DNA from: Heterodontus francisci
Taxonomy: Eukaryota
Direction: 5' to 3'
Length of the DNA stretch: 64,000 bases
NCBI RefSeq assembly: GCF_036365525.1
Contig: NC_090375.1
Location: forward strand, 46,031,847 to 46,095,846
Shown here: piece after piece, positions 36,772 through 50,465 of the stretch
How positions within the stretch are numbered: position 1 is the first letter of the stretch
Layout of the letters: each line of letters opens with the position of its first letter
Notes under the pieces: generated by a model
Database searches by the model: none
The model's input: the letters and a program-made list of their open reading frames with translations, nothing else
What the model was told of the DNA's origin: nothing
Translations under genes and position numbers: made by a program

Positions 36772-37022
36772 TATTTATTTATTTAGAGATACAGCACTGA
36801 AACAGGCCCTTCGGCCCACCGAGTCTGTGCCGACCAACAACCACCCATTTATACTAACCCCACCACCTATTCTCATATTCCCTACCACCTACCTACACTA
36901 GGGGCAATTTACAATGGCCAATTTACCTATCACCTGCAAGTCTTTGGCTGTGGGAGGAAACTGGAGCACCAGGCGGAAACCCACGCGGTCACAGGGAGAA
37001 CTTGCAAACTCCACACAGGCAG
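36772..37022 (-). mobile_element. 5'-truncated HE1-type SINE
   Basis: (TATT)n AGAGATACAGCACTGAAACAGGCCCTTCGG...AAACTCCACACAGGCAG. Confidence 0.9.
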
Positions 37023-37028
37023 AATGTA

Positions 37029-37127
37029 AGTTCCGAAGAAGGGTCACTGACCCGAAACGTTAACTCTGCTTCTCTTTCCACAGATGCTGCCAGACCTGCT
37101 GAGTATTTCCAGCATTTCTTGTTTTTA
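37029..37127 (+). mobile_element. Solo PLE pseudo-LTR with hammerhead motif (core CCGAAGA, U4 replaced by C)
   Basis: AGTT-CCGAAGA-A-GGGTC-ACT-GACCC-GAAA-CGTT-AACT followed by the pLTR tail. Confidence 0.7.
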
Positions 37128-39690
37128 TGCCACAGAATCATGATTGCTGCCAGGTTACCATGCAATGATCTGCATGATATGCTGAATATGATTACACACC
37201 AGCTGAACATTGAGACTGGAATCTCTTTCAGTTGTAGTACATCTCAAAATCAACATGCGGTGCCTGCAAAGCAACATACGTACAGTCTCTGGCATTCTGC
37301 ACCCTGGGGATGCCTGCAATCCTTGTGAAGTTGCGTGCTTGCTCTGCCTGCTTCTCTTTGGCAAGCGAGAATGAAATGCATTTAGTTCTCTTGGAATACA
37401 AATCCTCTCTCTGAGGTTCAATGGAAGAATTACTCCCTGAGCACGCTGGACAGATATGATCTCCTGCTGAGAATACTTCACCCCGTCCTCCTCCAACTAT
37501 TGCATCCATCTCTGAGAGCAAGTGGCTTGTGCAGGATCTTTGAAGTCGGGACTGCAGGATCTTTGGAGTCAGGACTTAGTAGTTCAGTACATGCCACACA
37601 ACTACCTACAAACGTTAGCAACTTTAAACGATGATAGAAAGCAAAAAACACTTGCACAATCCTAATAGTGCTAGTAGGGGGAGGGTGGGGGGTGGGGAGG
37701 TGGTGGTGGGTGGGTGTCCTACCGGCTGCTGAATGCATGTCCAGCTGTGCAGGGTTAAGACAGGGCATGAGCTGGAGTGTTGAGCTCCAAAATGGCAGCA
37801 CAGGCATCGAATCAGGGTTACATGATGATTGACGTCACAATCCACCTACTCTGCATACTTCTGAAGTTGCTCTCCGTGAATCTGCCAACACCCTCACCAA
37901 AACGGCATCGGTCTCAGTGAATACCAGATGTGCATGCAGGTGCCGCACATGCCATTTTGGAGGCAAACAGCACCTGTAGCACTGAAACATCAGGCACTAC
38001 GGAGCTGAATTTCATGATCTAAGGGAGTCTAAAGAAAAATTGACAGGAGCAAATATGCCAGAAATATCAATGAATTTGAGTGTAATTGAGGTTGCAGATG
38101 TGATCTGAAGATCATCTATCAGATAACATTTTCCTGAAAGTGGTGCTATATGAATAATATTCAGATTCTGGGTAGACTTGGGATTTACCTGTTGCTTGGA
38201 GGTAGTATTTGGCACTAAATAATTTCTTCAAGGCTGTTTTAGCAATGGAGGTGATGTGAGGATTTCATTTGAGGATGGAGATCACAGATGAACTGAAATA
38301 TCCTATCTTTATTTTTATACTTGAACTCATACATGTTTTCCTGAATATTCCAATGATTATGGAAGTAGAACAGTATTAAAAATCCTCTTTTGCAACATTT
38401 TTCCAAACTGTATATACTGCCAAGTAACATTTTAAAATATAGTGAACAAGTGTTGAGATGTAGCCACACAAATGAAAATTCTTAAGATTCATTAGCTAGC
38501 CAAGAGGACGAGACACCAAAACCAAAAGCCAAATATCATTAACCACAGATGTGTTATTAATTGAAAGGTGGGTAGAAACTTTGCATAGCTTATACCTCAA
38601 TTATGAAAGAAAATGAAAAAACTGGATGTAGCCTACTACAAAAAAATGAAAAATAAAAGGTAGAAATACTAAGGTGGCTTAGTCCACTGGTGAAATATGA
38701 ATCTAGGCTGTCACTGGATATAGCTGGTTATCTGAAACATGCTTGGATACTGGGTGAAGCAGGTTACTAAAATACTGGTTCCGCACAGGTTGGATATACC
38801 TGCTACGAGTACTTTCCAACAGGTGATCAACTAACTAGTTACCACCGTGCTCTGCCCTCTCTTGTTCTTGTTGCTAGGATTCAGAATAGCTTTTTTAAAA
38901 ATTCGTTTCATGGGATATGGGCATCACTGGCAAGGCCAGCATTAGTTGTCCATCCTAATTGCCCTTGAGAAGATGGTAGTGAGTTGCCTTCTTGAACTGC
39001 TGCAGTCTATCTGGTGCAGATACACCCACAGTTCCTTTAGGGAGGGAGTTCCAAGATTTTGATCCAAAGACAGTGAAGGAACAATGATATATTTCCAAGT
39101 CAGGCTAGTGGTGGCTTGGAGGGGAACTTTCTGATGGTGTTTGCATGCATCTGCTGCCTTTGTCCTTCTAGGTGGAAGAGGTCAGGAGTTTGGAAGGTGC
39201 TGTTGAAAGAGGTGTGGTGAGGGAGCGAACTTTTAAGGTGGTGGATGTGGTGCTGATCAAGTGGGCTGCTTTGTCCTGTTGAATCTCCTGAGAGTTGTTG
39301 GAGATGCACACATCCAGGCAAGTGGAGAGTATTCCATCACACTCCTGACTTGTGCCTTGTCGATAGATGGTGGACAGGCTTTGGGGAGTCAGTGGGTGGG
39401 TTACATGCCACAGAATTCCCACCTTCTGACCTGCTCTTGTAGTATTTATATGGCAGCTCCAATTCAGTTTCTAGTCAATGGTAACCACACCCCCCTCTCC
39501 CCCCAAGGATGCTGATAGTGGGGAAATTCAGTGATGGTAATGCCGTTGAATGTCAAGGGGAGATGGCTAAGATGGTTAGATTCTCTCTTGTTGGGAGATC
39601 GTCATTGCTTGGCACTAGTGTGGCACAAATGTTACTTGCCACTTATCAGCCCAAGCCTGAATGTCATCCAGGTCTTACTGCATATGGACA

Positions 39691-42600
39691 CTTATGAGTG
39701 CTTTTTTTGGGTCAAATTTTGAAGATTTATGATTTGAAACTGAAAAGGAGTCCATGGATTTTTTTTTAACAAGTCACTGAGGTCTGGACTGTAAACAGTT
39801 ACTTAAAGGCACCTGTCTTCAAATAATCACTCAGCAGGGGTTATTTTTGACTTGGGGAAGATGTTTACAGAGATGTTGTTTAGGGAGCATTTGCTGCGAC
39901 TGCTGGATAGGTTTGTCCCGATGAGGCAAGGAAGGGATAGTAGGGTGAAGGAACCTTGGATGACAAGAGATGTGGAACAGCTAGTCAAGAGGAAGAAGGA
40001 AGCTTACTTAAGGTTGAGGAAGCAAGGATCAGACAGGGCTCTAGAGGGTTACAAGGTAGCCAGGAAGGAACTGAAGAATGGACTTAGGAGAGCTGGAAGG
40101 GGACATGAAAAAGTCTTGGCGGGTAGGATTAAGGAAAATCCCAAGGCGTTCTACACTTATGTGAGGAACAAGACGATGGCCAGAGTGAGGGTAGGGCTGA
40201 TCAGGGATAGTGGAGGGAACTTGTGCCTGGAGTCGGAGGAGGTAGGGGAGGTCCGAAATGAATACTTTGCTTAAGTATTCACTAGTGAGAGGGACCTGGT
40301 CGTTTGTGAGGACAGCGTGGAACAGGCTGATATGCTCGAACAGGTTGATGTTAAGAGGGAGGATGTGCTGGAAATTTTGAATGACATGAGGACAGATAAG
40401 TCCCCGGGGCCAGACGGGATATACCCAAGGATATTAAGGGAAGCGAGGGAAGAGATTGCTGCGTCTTTGGCGATGATGTTTGCGTCCTCACTGTCCACTG
40501 GGGTAGTACTGGATGATTGGAGGGTGGCAAATGTTATTCCCTTGTTCAAGAAAGGCAATAGGGATAACCCTGGGAATTATAGACCAGTCAGTCTTACGTC
40601 GGTAGTGGGCAAATTATTGGAGAGGATTCCGAGAGACAGGATTTATGATTATTTGGAAAAGCATAGTTTGATTAGAGACAGTCAGCATGGCTTTGTGAGG
40701 GGCAGGGCATGCCTCACAAGCCTTATTGAATTCTTTGAAGATGTGACATAACACGTTGATGAAGAAAGAGCAGTGGATGTGGTGTATATGGATTTTAGCA
40801 AGGCGTTTGATAAGGTTCCCCATGGTAGGCTCATTCAGAAAGTAAGGATGCATGGGATGCAGGGTAAGTTGGCTGTCTGGATACAGAATTGGCTGGCCCA
40901 TAGAAGACAGAGGGTGGTAGCAGATGGAAAGTATTCAGCCTGGAGCTCGGTGATCAGTGGTGTTCCGCAGGGATCTGTTCTGGGACCTCTGCTCTTTGTG
41001 ATTTTTATAAATGACTTGGATGAGGAAGTGGAAGGCTGGGTTAGCAAGTTTGCCGATGACACAAAGGTTGCTGGAGTTGTGGATAGTGTGGAAGGTTGTT
41101 GTAGGTTGCAACGGGACATTGACAGGATGCAGAGCTGGGCTGAGAAGTGGCAGATGGAGTTCAACCTGGAAAAGTGTGAAGTGATTCATTTTGGAAGGTC
41201 GAATTTGAATGCAGAGAATACAGGCTTAAAGACAGGATTCTTGGTAGTGTGGAGGAACAGAGGGATCTTGGGGTCCATGTCCATAGATCGCTCAAAGTTG
41301 CCACCCAAGTTGATAGGGTTGTTAAGAAGGCGTATGGTGTGTTGGCTTTCATTAACAGGGGGATTGAGTTTCAGAACCGTGAGGTTATGCTGCAGCTCTA
41401 TAAAGCCCTGGTTAGACCACACTTGGAATATTGTCTTCAGTTCTGGTCGCCTCATTATAGGAAGGATGTGGAAGCTTTAGAGAGGGTGCAGAGGAGATTT
41501 ACCAGGATGCTGCCTGGACTGGAGGGCATGTCTTACGAAGAAAGGTTGAGGGTGCTAGGGCTTTTCTCATTGGAACGAAGAAGGATGAGAGGTGACTTGA
41601 TAGAGGGGTACAAGATGATGAGAGGCATAGATAGAGTGGATAGCCAAAGACTTTTTCCCAGGGCGGAAAGGGCTATCACCAGGGGCCATAATTTTAATGT
41701 GACTGGAGGAAGGTTTCGGGGAGATGTCAGAGGTAGGTTCTTTACACAGAGTGGTGGGTGCGTGGAATGCACTGCCAGTGGTGGTGGTAGAAGCAGATAC
41801 ATTAGGGACATTTAAGCGACTCTTGGATAGGTACATGGATGATAGTAGAATGAAGGGTATGTAGGTAGTTTGATCTTAGAGTAGGTTAAAGGTTCGACAC
41901 AACATCGTGGGCCTAACGGCCTGTACTGTGCTGTACTGTTCTATGTTCTAAGTGACAGGTCAAGATTTATAGAGGTCAGGAGGCTTTATTCGTGACACTG
42001 TTTATGGTTTTGCCTTGGAAAGTGAGTTAGGATATGGACAATGGTTTGAAAAAAACAGTTGGAGAAAACTTGCCAAGAGAAAAACCCCACCTCAGTCTGT
42101 CCCAGCTCTTTGAAAAAGCATGCTAGTTATCCATCTCGAGAAACTGAGAAGCAAATGTAAGAAACTGCCTGAAACCTGATATTGTATTTTCCCTTGAAAC
42201 CCTGCCCAAACTGATCTTCAACGTTGCCTGACAATAACTGTTCTAGGAAGATCCTAGTGACAACCGGCTATACACATTTGGGATTCCAAACCAAAAAGGA
42301 CATCTGAAATCTTTTCATATCTTTTTTTTTCTTCAAGAATTAGCAAGTATTTTTGGCCAACATTTTTTTTTTGTTTTTTTGCACTAGAGCTCTAAAGAGT
42401 TAACTGGTGTATGTGTGTCTGAGGGGCTAAGGTAAAAAGGGAACTTTTATATTTCGATCTGTGTTTGTGCTTTGTTTCATTACTGGTTAAGACTTATTTA
42501 ATTTTGTTGTTTATTAAAGAAACCTGGTTGGTGTGTTTTATGTGGGGAAAGTGGAAACAAGTTACTGAGTTGGATGATCAGCCATGATCATAATGAATGG

Positions 42601-42782
42601 CGGAGCAGGCTCAAAGGGCCGAATGGCCTACTCCTGCTCCTATTTTCTATGTTTCTATTCTGGGATTAAAAAAACTCTGATAGACTGTATCGGTAAGTGG
42701 GAAAAAACTTAAATATATGTTGTGACCTGTGGAGATGTGGATCTAGACTAAACCATGCACTCCTCCCACCTTGGTCGTAACA
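39691..42782 (+). mobile_element. Solo LTR of the Gmr1-like family (about 900 bp net), containing a 2.1-kb CR1 and a ~115-bp CR1 tail (about 42541-42657)
   Basis: Ends CTCCTCCCACCTTGGTCGTAACA like 34014; shares TTTATTAAAGAAACCTGGTTGGTG; 5' terminus eroded (TTATGAG); flanks ACAC/ACAT. Confidence 0.75.
39875..41950 (+). mobile_element. Young 5'-truncated CR1/HER1-type LINE
   Basis: RT ORF pieces near-identical to the 51568-53637 copy; tail CTGTACTGTGCTGTACTGTTCTATGTTCTA. Confidence 0.92.
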
Positions 42783-45184
42783 ACATGGACTGCTTCAGTA
42801 TCTGAAGAGTTCCAAAAGGTACTGAATATGGTACAATCATCAGCAAACATCCCCATTTCTGACCTTATGATGGAGTGACGGTCATTGATGAAGCAGCTGA
42901 AGATGGTTGGGCCTAGTTCTGGATATCAAAGACGTGCAAGCTCTCTACATAGGTCCTGAGCCTCATAAGGTGGGCAAGTCTGTGTGTTTGCATTCAGCTT
43001 GTAACTTTCCAATTAGATGTTAATCTCTCTTGGGCACTTCTTGAAGTGAATTAGAAGATAATTATTTCTCTGCAGATTGGCAATTGCTTGTAAGTTGTTG
43101 GCTCCTCCCCAAGGTCAGAAAAAAATAGGAAACTCATCTTCCTCTTGAAGAAATGTGTAGTGGTCTTAAAACTATTGTTTGTTATCCTGAGCTCAAAATA
43201 AAGGCAAAGAAATGCAGGGAAGCTGTGGTAATGTGGCTTTAAACTAGCTTCCTTTCAGTAAATTTGCAACATTAATACTGCTGAGATTTCCCCTTATTCA
43301 CCATTCATCTAGAAATAAACATAATTCATAATTTATCCCTTAGCAACAAAGCTCCCAATCCAATTCCATCCTCGATCAAAGAGATTTCACCAACCGTTAA
43401 ATTCACTTAATTACAGTGTTCTCCAAATTTCATACTTAATCACTATATACCAATATAATCATTATTTTTCAAAACAACAGTTACTCATCATAGTAGAAAA
43501 GGACAACCATTTCACTTGTATGTAGCACAATACGTCTATTTATTCAGTGTGCGGGGGCAGTTAGTATCTGACAATATGATGTACATTGCTGAAGTATTCA
43601 CAGATGAGAAAGAACACACGAGCTGGAAACCTTAATTAACAGCAAAAAAGTGTTAATGCTGCAGATACTGGATCAGCAAACATTATCTCACATGAATTGA
43701 TTTTTACATTGCAACCGGCATTTGTTACTTGTGGTACGAAAAAGACTGTCTCTAGGGGCAAAACAGGCAATAGTTGTCAGGTACAACATAATACAAGAAG
43801 GTAGCAGTCTGTGTTTGTGAGAAACAAAGTGTGAATGAACTGTCAGCCAATTTGAACCCTTCCCATTTTCCTGGAGGAGCATCAACCATTGATTCAGGAC
43901 AGATTCCCAGTGCTAATAGTGACTCATTGGGAGCTCACCATTCATTGAGAGGAGAATCAAGTGCTGCAGCAGCATTTCATTTGACACAGCTGCATAAAAT
44001 AGAGAGTCTCCTGTTGTATTCCAAAAATTAAGATGGACAGGTACTGGAAGATGAGTCTAGACAAAAATTACTTGTTAGAAAATTAATTGTTCAAAGTCTT
44101 GAACTTCTATGATACTTGGCCCCTGTCCCCAGAAGATGGAACACTTCTTGAATACCAGCATTTCCCCTCCAGAGACAGATCTTGGGCAAAAATGGGAGTA
44201 AATGGCATGGAGACCCAAGTTCTGCTCACTCAATATCATTTATATTCAACAATGTGATCAATAGGAACGTGGCATGATCTATCCAAAAGAGAGTGCGGTC
44301 AAATTCTGGTGATCTTTATCATGAACAAGGATTCAAAGAAGATTTCAAGCCTCATTTACTTGTATTACATGATATGGTACCACATGAAAATAGGCAGTAT
44401 TCAGAAGGAAAATCTAGGTCAAGTTTAACTACACGTGTTCTACTTTGCTCCAATTTTAAAAAATCCTCTTTATGATTTGAGTTTCTATAAGATTTATATT
44501 AACTTTGCATGTCAGTATCTGAAAATGGAGATGGGTTTGATTTCCTACTTTATTGGTTTCCTGTCTCCGCAGTGTTGCATAGAGAGATGGAGATTGGAGA
44601 CAATTTTTTTTGAGACAGGGAGGGAAAATTATAATTGGCATCTATGCTTTTACACACTAAGAACAACACTGATGAAAGTCAGTTACTCCTTCAGCTGCAA
44701 TTGGCAAGTGGCTTGTTTGTGAAGCTGGTCTAAAGCGAAGTATACAAAACTAAACTTTAGGAAATAATGAATTTCACTTCTCAGTTGTCAGCTGCCATCA
44801 ACTCACATGATTAATAGTCTGCAGCGTACTATTACTCTAGTGCTGGCTATTGCCAGGCAAAGCTCAGACTACACATATATCATCAAAGGACATGTACTAT
44901 CATCAGTCTGATGTTGAAACATGAGGGGTTTAACAAGATGCTGAAAACAGAAGGTCAGCTTCCAAAACTACAAAGAAACAGACCTCTGCAGCTTCTCAAT
45001 TAGTGCCACAATTAGAACATTCATTACACCAATATGCTGTATAAATACTAAGGATCCACAAAAGGCCCACAGTGCATGAGCTCATCTCCATTGTTGCATC
45101 TGAGCACCAAATACACCGTCCCATACACATTTTCTCTTGCATGCGTCTGAATCAAGATCCAATTCACTATCTCATTTTTTCCCA

Positions 45185-45700
45185 AGAACAACCTGCAATT
45201 GTATAATGTCTTTAGCACATCAAAGCATCCCAGCATACTTCACAATGAGAAAAATCACCATGAAGTGAATAAGAAGAATTAAGGGAGGTGACTAAAGGTA
45301 GGGTCGAAAAGGTAGGATTTGAGCGGCTTTTAAAGTCGGGAAAAAATACAACCAGGAAGAGGGGTTCAGGGTGCAGGATATGATGGTTCTGCCACCTGTA
45401 GTAAGGGAAGGCTAAGGTGCAATGTGGTCCGGAGTGACATTAAGGATATTTATGAAGAATATGTTGGGTGATGGATAGCCAGTGCAAGCCAGCAAAGATG
45501 GGGGAAAAATGGTGAGCAGAACTCAGTAATAAAGATGCAAGTAACAGAGTTTTGGATAAGTAGAGTTCATAAGACTGGCAGAAAGAATATTGTAGAAGCT
45601 GGGCCTGAAAGTGAGAAATGGTAATAGGGGCTTCTATGGTGGAGGAAGTGCAGTTGGGATGGAAGCAGAAATAAACGATCTTGGTGTAGACTGGGTATTC
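45185..45700 (-). mobile_element. Old L2-type LINE 3' remnant
   Basis: ACAACCTGCAATTGTATAATGTCTTTAGC...GCATACTTCACA tail and GGTGACTAAAGG...CGGCTTTTAAAG. Confidence 0.5.
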
Positions 45701-46689
45701 TAATAATAGAATGGAACTACTCCAAGAAATACTCCATGATTAATACTGTTTTCTACTTTCAATTTTGATTACTGTGCTGCACCATGTGCCTAGTTTTTAC
45801 ACCTAGGTTTTGTAATGCAAAAAAAAACTCTTGGCTGTACATTATTAGATGATTGCTGCTGGAGAAAATAAGGAGAGAGAGAGACTTGGCACCAAGGCAA
45901 GAAGGAGATAAAGATAGGATGAGCAAATCCTGTCAGTACAGTGAGCTTAATTCAATGAATGGCCATTTCTCATTCCTAACTTACTACATTATTTGCGACA
46001 ATACATAACAGAAACTCAATACATTTTAGATTTCTCGTTTTAATTTTAATCTCCTTTATTGTTAGCAGATATGTATGCACGTTTGTAATTAAAACACTAT
46101 TCATCCAGATCTGCTCACCTGTAATAACTTTCCGTTTCTACTTCAAAAGAAGCAAATATATGGTGGGAACCAAAATGCTATTGTATCAATTGGTTTCTAA
46201 GTTTGTTGCAACTTGTAAAATTATTTTTATAAAATTAATAAACAGAAAAGAACCAGTGAAGAGTGAGAAATGAGATTCAATAATGCAAAACGCATGAACT
46301 GCTTTAATAAAAGTTAGATTTACAGATATATTTACAATTTTACAATCTTCACAGTTTCAATTTATACATAGAAGTCAAAATGAAGTAGGATGTTCATTTC
46401 TGTAAGGTGACTGCCATTCTACGGACTGCTGTGTTTCTTGGCTTCATTTTAACCAGCGGTAGGTCAAAACCACAATCTCCTGTTGAAGGACAAATAATGA
46501 TCTTTATTTCTGGTACATTTTTTAGTTCTTAAACTGAAGCTTTCACCAACTTGAAAACATTCAGTGCCTATTCTAAAATCCATTCAGGTATTCTATTTAC
46601 TTGGCATTGGAATCCCCAAGAAAAACATTCATAGCTTGTATAAAATTACTGCTGGATGCATGATTCACATCTGACTTAAAACACAAAAT

Positions 46690-47745
46690 TTCTTGGGATA
46701 TGAAAGTTGCTGGTTAGGCCCGCATTTATTTCCCATCCCTAGTTATCCTGAGAAAGTAGTGGAGTGAGCCTTCTTCAAGGCAGGGAGGAGATAAAGATAG
46801 GATAAGCAAATCCTGTCAGTACAGTGTGCTTGATACAACTGAGAGGCTTGCTTTGCCAAATATGAGAGCAGTTAACAATCAACCATGTTGATGTGGGGTT
46901 GGAGTCACATATCAGCCAGGCCAGGTAAGGGGAGCATGTTTCCTTTCCAAAAGGACATATTATGAACAAATTGGACTTTGACGACAATCTGACAGTTTCA
47001 TGGTCACTTTTACTGATATCAGGTTATTTCCAGATGTTTTTAAAAAACTGAATTTGAACTCATGGGGCATAAATTTTGATTTTGTGCAATAGTGTAAAAC
47101 ATCTGATAGCCACTCGGCTGCCCATAGAAAACACAGAAAAATAGGAGCAGGAGTAGGCCATTCGGCCCTTCGAGCCTGCTCCACCATTCAATACGATCAA
47201 GGCTGATTATCCAAACTCAGTAACCTGCTCCCGCTTTCTCCCCATATCCCTTGATCCCATTAGCCCTAAGAACTCTAACGTTTTCTTGAATATATTTAAT
47301 GATTTGGCCTCAACTGCTTTCCGTGGTAGAGAATTCCACAAGTTCACCACTCTCTGGGTGAAGAAATCTATCCTCATCTCGGTCCTAAATGGCTTACCCC
47401 TTATCCTTAGACTGTGACCCCTGGTCCTGGGCTCCCCCACCATCGGGAACATCCTTCCTGCATCTAGTCGGTCCAGTTCTGTTAGAATTTTGTTACATTT
47501 CACTCAATTTTAACTTCAATCGAAATATAAATTGGCAGAGATTCAAGCAGAGACACGATAGACCAAATGGCCTCCTTTTGTGTTGTAAATATTTCTATGT
47601 TTATTTCTTTCTATGTAAAACAGGCTGCCGAATCACTTTCGTCGCTTCACGCTATCGCACAATGCTAAGATCTGCCCCGCGTTCTCTAGATTATTAGCCC
47701 AGGCCTCTGGATTACTCATCCACTAACAGCCACTACACTACTATA
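46690..47745 (-). mobile_element. Old short derivative of the tRNA-headed LINE (tail, 5' body to about 47062, head at about 47680-47745), interrupted by a CR1 tail at 47124-47490
   Basis: GCATTTATTTCCCATCCCTAG tail, GATACAACTGAG...GGAGTCACAT...CCAGGTAAGG...AAAGGACAT body, CTCTGGATTACTCATCCA head. Linking the head piece to the rest is inference. Confidence 0.6.
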
Positions 47746-48326
47746 TACTTTTGTAGTGTTTATCGGCAATTGCTTTAGAATAGAGAACAGAAAATATTAT
47801 TCTCTGTTCCATGAAAACTGGAGACACTTGCTGATGTGGCCTCCCATTAGGTGTTTAGACAGTACCTGCCAAACAATTATTTTGCTGACCATGTCCTAGT
47901 TTTTGTTCACTTTCATTTACAACATTGAGTTACTAACAGTCAAAATTGGGCCTGACACTGCATAAACCTAAGGTGGGGGAAACTGCATGAAACAGGTGAT
48001 AGATAAATTTTAAGGCATACAAATGCTGAAAGATAAATTGTCCACATAAAAGAATGTTGCTAGTCTTCACAGAGATTTCAAAAATTTTTGATCTATACTT
48101 CAGCATTTGCAAAGGTTGAACAACAAAAAAGTATGGAAGAATCCACTGATTGGTACAGTAAATGTGAAGGCAGAAAACTGAGTCTCTTCTCAAATAATGG
48201 AATGGCACAACACTCCAACTCCTTGCCTGATGGTTAATGAAGTGCTGCTGGATGTTGAATGAGGTGAAGGTAATTCTGTTTGCTACTCAAACGCAATATT
48301 TTCAGAGAACAACATATCCTGGAATA

Positions 48327-48815
48327 ACATAGCAACGATAGTAGGCCATTCAGCCCCTCGAGCCGGTTCTGCCATTTAATTAGATTATGGCTGATCTGTA
48401 TCTTAACGCCATCTGCTTTGTTTCCATATCTCTTAGTACCCATGCTGACAAAAATCTGTGGGGAAGGAGTTCCAGGTTCCCACTACCCTTTGTGTGAAGA
48501 AATGCTTCCTTACATCATCCCTGAACAGCCCAATTTTAATTTTAAAGTTATGTCCTTTGTTCTGGACTCAACCAGCAGACAAAATAGTTTCTATTTACTC
48601 TATCAATCCTTTAATCATCTTAGATAATCATCCCGTAATCATCTATAGTCAAAGGAATGCAAGCCTAGTCTTTCCAACCTTAACTCTTAGCCTCAGTATC
48701 ATTCTGGTGAATCTGCACTGCACCTCCTGCAAGTCCAATATATCCTTGCTGAGTGCAGTGACGAGAACTGAATGCAAGTACTCCAGATGCAATCTAACCA
48801 GAGTTTTATACAACT
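48327..48815 (-). mobile_element. Old CR1 3' fragment
   Basis: LELYKTLVRLHLEY...VQCRFTRMI; tail GTAGGCCATTCAGCCCCTCGAGCC. Confidence 0.75.
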
Positions 48816-49399
48816 CTAATGAGAAGGTAGCAGGAGAGCACTCAAGGATGAAGCTGATTGTTATTACCAATGGTAGTGCAGCCTTATGATGCGTGCTAGC
48901 TGCACGTAAACATGCAACAGACGGCATAGCTCTGCATGTGACCTGTATAGCCAATGCTATATCGTCATTACCAGGCAGAGAAGTCTCAGCCTGTAGATAT
49001 TGATCTGTGGATAATTGCAGGTGGGCACAGCTCTCTGAGGCAGCCTGACCTGCCTGGCATCCCTTTATTGACCTCTCTTCTTTCAAAAACAACGATGAAT
49101 TCCCATTGAGAAATCAATTATCTTAATTCCACTAACAACATTTCTGTTGTGATGAGATATTATAAGCCATCATCCCAAATCCAGAAACAATGTCGTTTCT
49201 GTGAAAATGTCAGTCACTATGTTCTGAATATATAGTGTTATGGAGTATCAGGGGAGAGAAATAAGGTTATAATTTAACTGAGTCGTTCAGGTAACATCAA
49301 ACAGCAATGAAACAAAATGGCTTCCAGACATCATCTGAACTTGGCCTTAAGCTTTTTTAAAAAGATCAAATTGCGAAGATGTTTCAAAACACTGAAAAT

Positions 49400-49925
49400 A
49401 TTGTGCATGATTAAAAACAGAACTGTATTTAATAGAAGATAGTCCAAGACTACAGAAGAGACATGATTAAAGAAGAATGTAATGGAACACTGTAGTTTCA
49501 GCAATGATTCACCAGAATGATAACAAGAATGAAGGGACTTAGCTATGGTGAAATCCTGAGTAAATTGGGATTATGGTCCCTGATGAGATGATCAAGGGAC
49601 GATCTGACTGAGGTGTTTAAAATAATGAAGGGGATTGATATGGAAAGATTCTTCACTCTAACAGGAGATGCTGAATAAGGTGATATAATCGTAGATTTGC
49701 ATTAAGGCAGTTAAACATGAATCAGGAAGAATATCTACTGCTCCAGAATTCCATAGCTGCAGAATCAATAGAGGCTTACAAAAGGGAGATAGATATTTCC
49801 TTTGCAAGTAAGGGTATTAAGGAATATATGGAAAAGAAGGGATTTATGATTCAAAAGGTTGAATTGCATTGTTAATAAATGGTGGAACAGATCTGACAAG
49901 CTTAGTCCTGTTCGACTACAGTTCT
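49400..49925 (+). mobile_element. Very old CR1 3' fragment
   Basis: GATTCACCAGAATGATA...GGGACTTAGCTAT...GATCTGACTGAGGTGTTTAAAATAATGAAGGG. Confidence 0.55.
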
Positions 49926-50160
49926 AAAACAGAATTCGAAGGTGAAGAGCTATTATAATGCTCTGTATTACAGTCCACTTAAATGATTGTGCCCAGCCTT
50001 GAAAGCACGTTACCAAGTTTCCATGAAAAGAAATACCCAAATGAGGTAGGTGCAGGGCATTGCTAGAGTTCAAATTCAGCCCTGCATTAACTACAATTTC
50101 GAATCTTACAGCTTAGTTTCAGAATATAAGTTGCTAAAAATTCAGATTTTACTTTTGAAA

Positions 50161-50465
50161 AGAACAACTTTCATTTATGTAGCATTTTACACATCCTCAA
50201 GTTGTGTCAAAGCACTTCACAAGGAAGTCACCAGCACACCAAAAGAGCTCCCTACTCTCCTTCAAATAGTGCCATGGGATCTTTTACATTCACCTGAACA
50301 GGCAGACAATAACTTGGTTTAAAATCTCATCTGAGATATTGTACCCCTGAAAATGCAATGTGTACTACAATGAAATATCAGCCTAGATTAAATGCTCAAA
50401 TCCTGAAGCAGGGCTTGAGCACACAACCTTTTAACTTAGATGAGAATGCTACGACTGGGCCAGCT
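50161..50465 (-). mobile_element. Deu-domain SINE remnant
   Basis: CAAATAGTGCCATGGGATCTTTTAC...GTTTAAAATCTCATCTGA...TCAGCCTAGATT; L2-type tail. Confidence 0.55.

Larger units (their letters stand above)
38891..42916 (-). mobile_element. 3' part of a third tRNA-headed-family LINE (38891-39690 and 42783-42916), split by a solo LTR
   Basis: Reverse complement of 11570-12520 (GGCCAGCATT...CCTAATTGCCCTTGAGAAG; GTCATTGATGAAGCAGCTGAAGATGGTTGGGCCTAG). Confidence 0.8.

Noticed and set aside
6941-37127. Recurring CCACAGATGCTGCCAGACCTGCTGAG motif as a CRISPR-like array
   Set aside because: Copies are dispersed in both orientations without regular spacers; they are PLE pseudo-LTRs.
37130-38015. Possible Harbinger-derived Myb/SANT coding remnant
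   Set aside because: Only a TIR-like GCTGAATTTC end and a vague peptide resemblance; boundaries and product cannot be supported.
40614-41836. Antisense ORFs overlapping CR1 copies (also 52092-54349)
   Set aside because: Shadow frames of RT coding sequence, repeated only because the elements are repeated.
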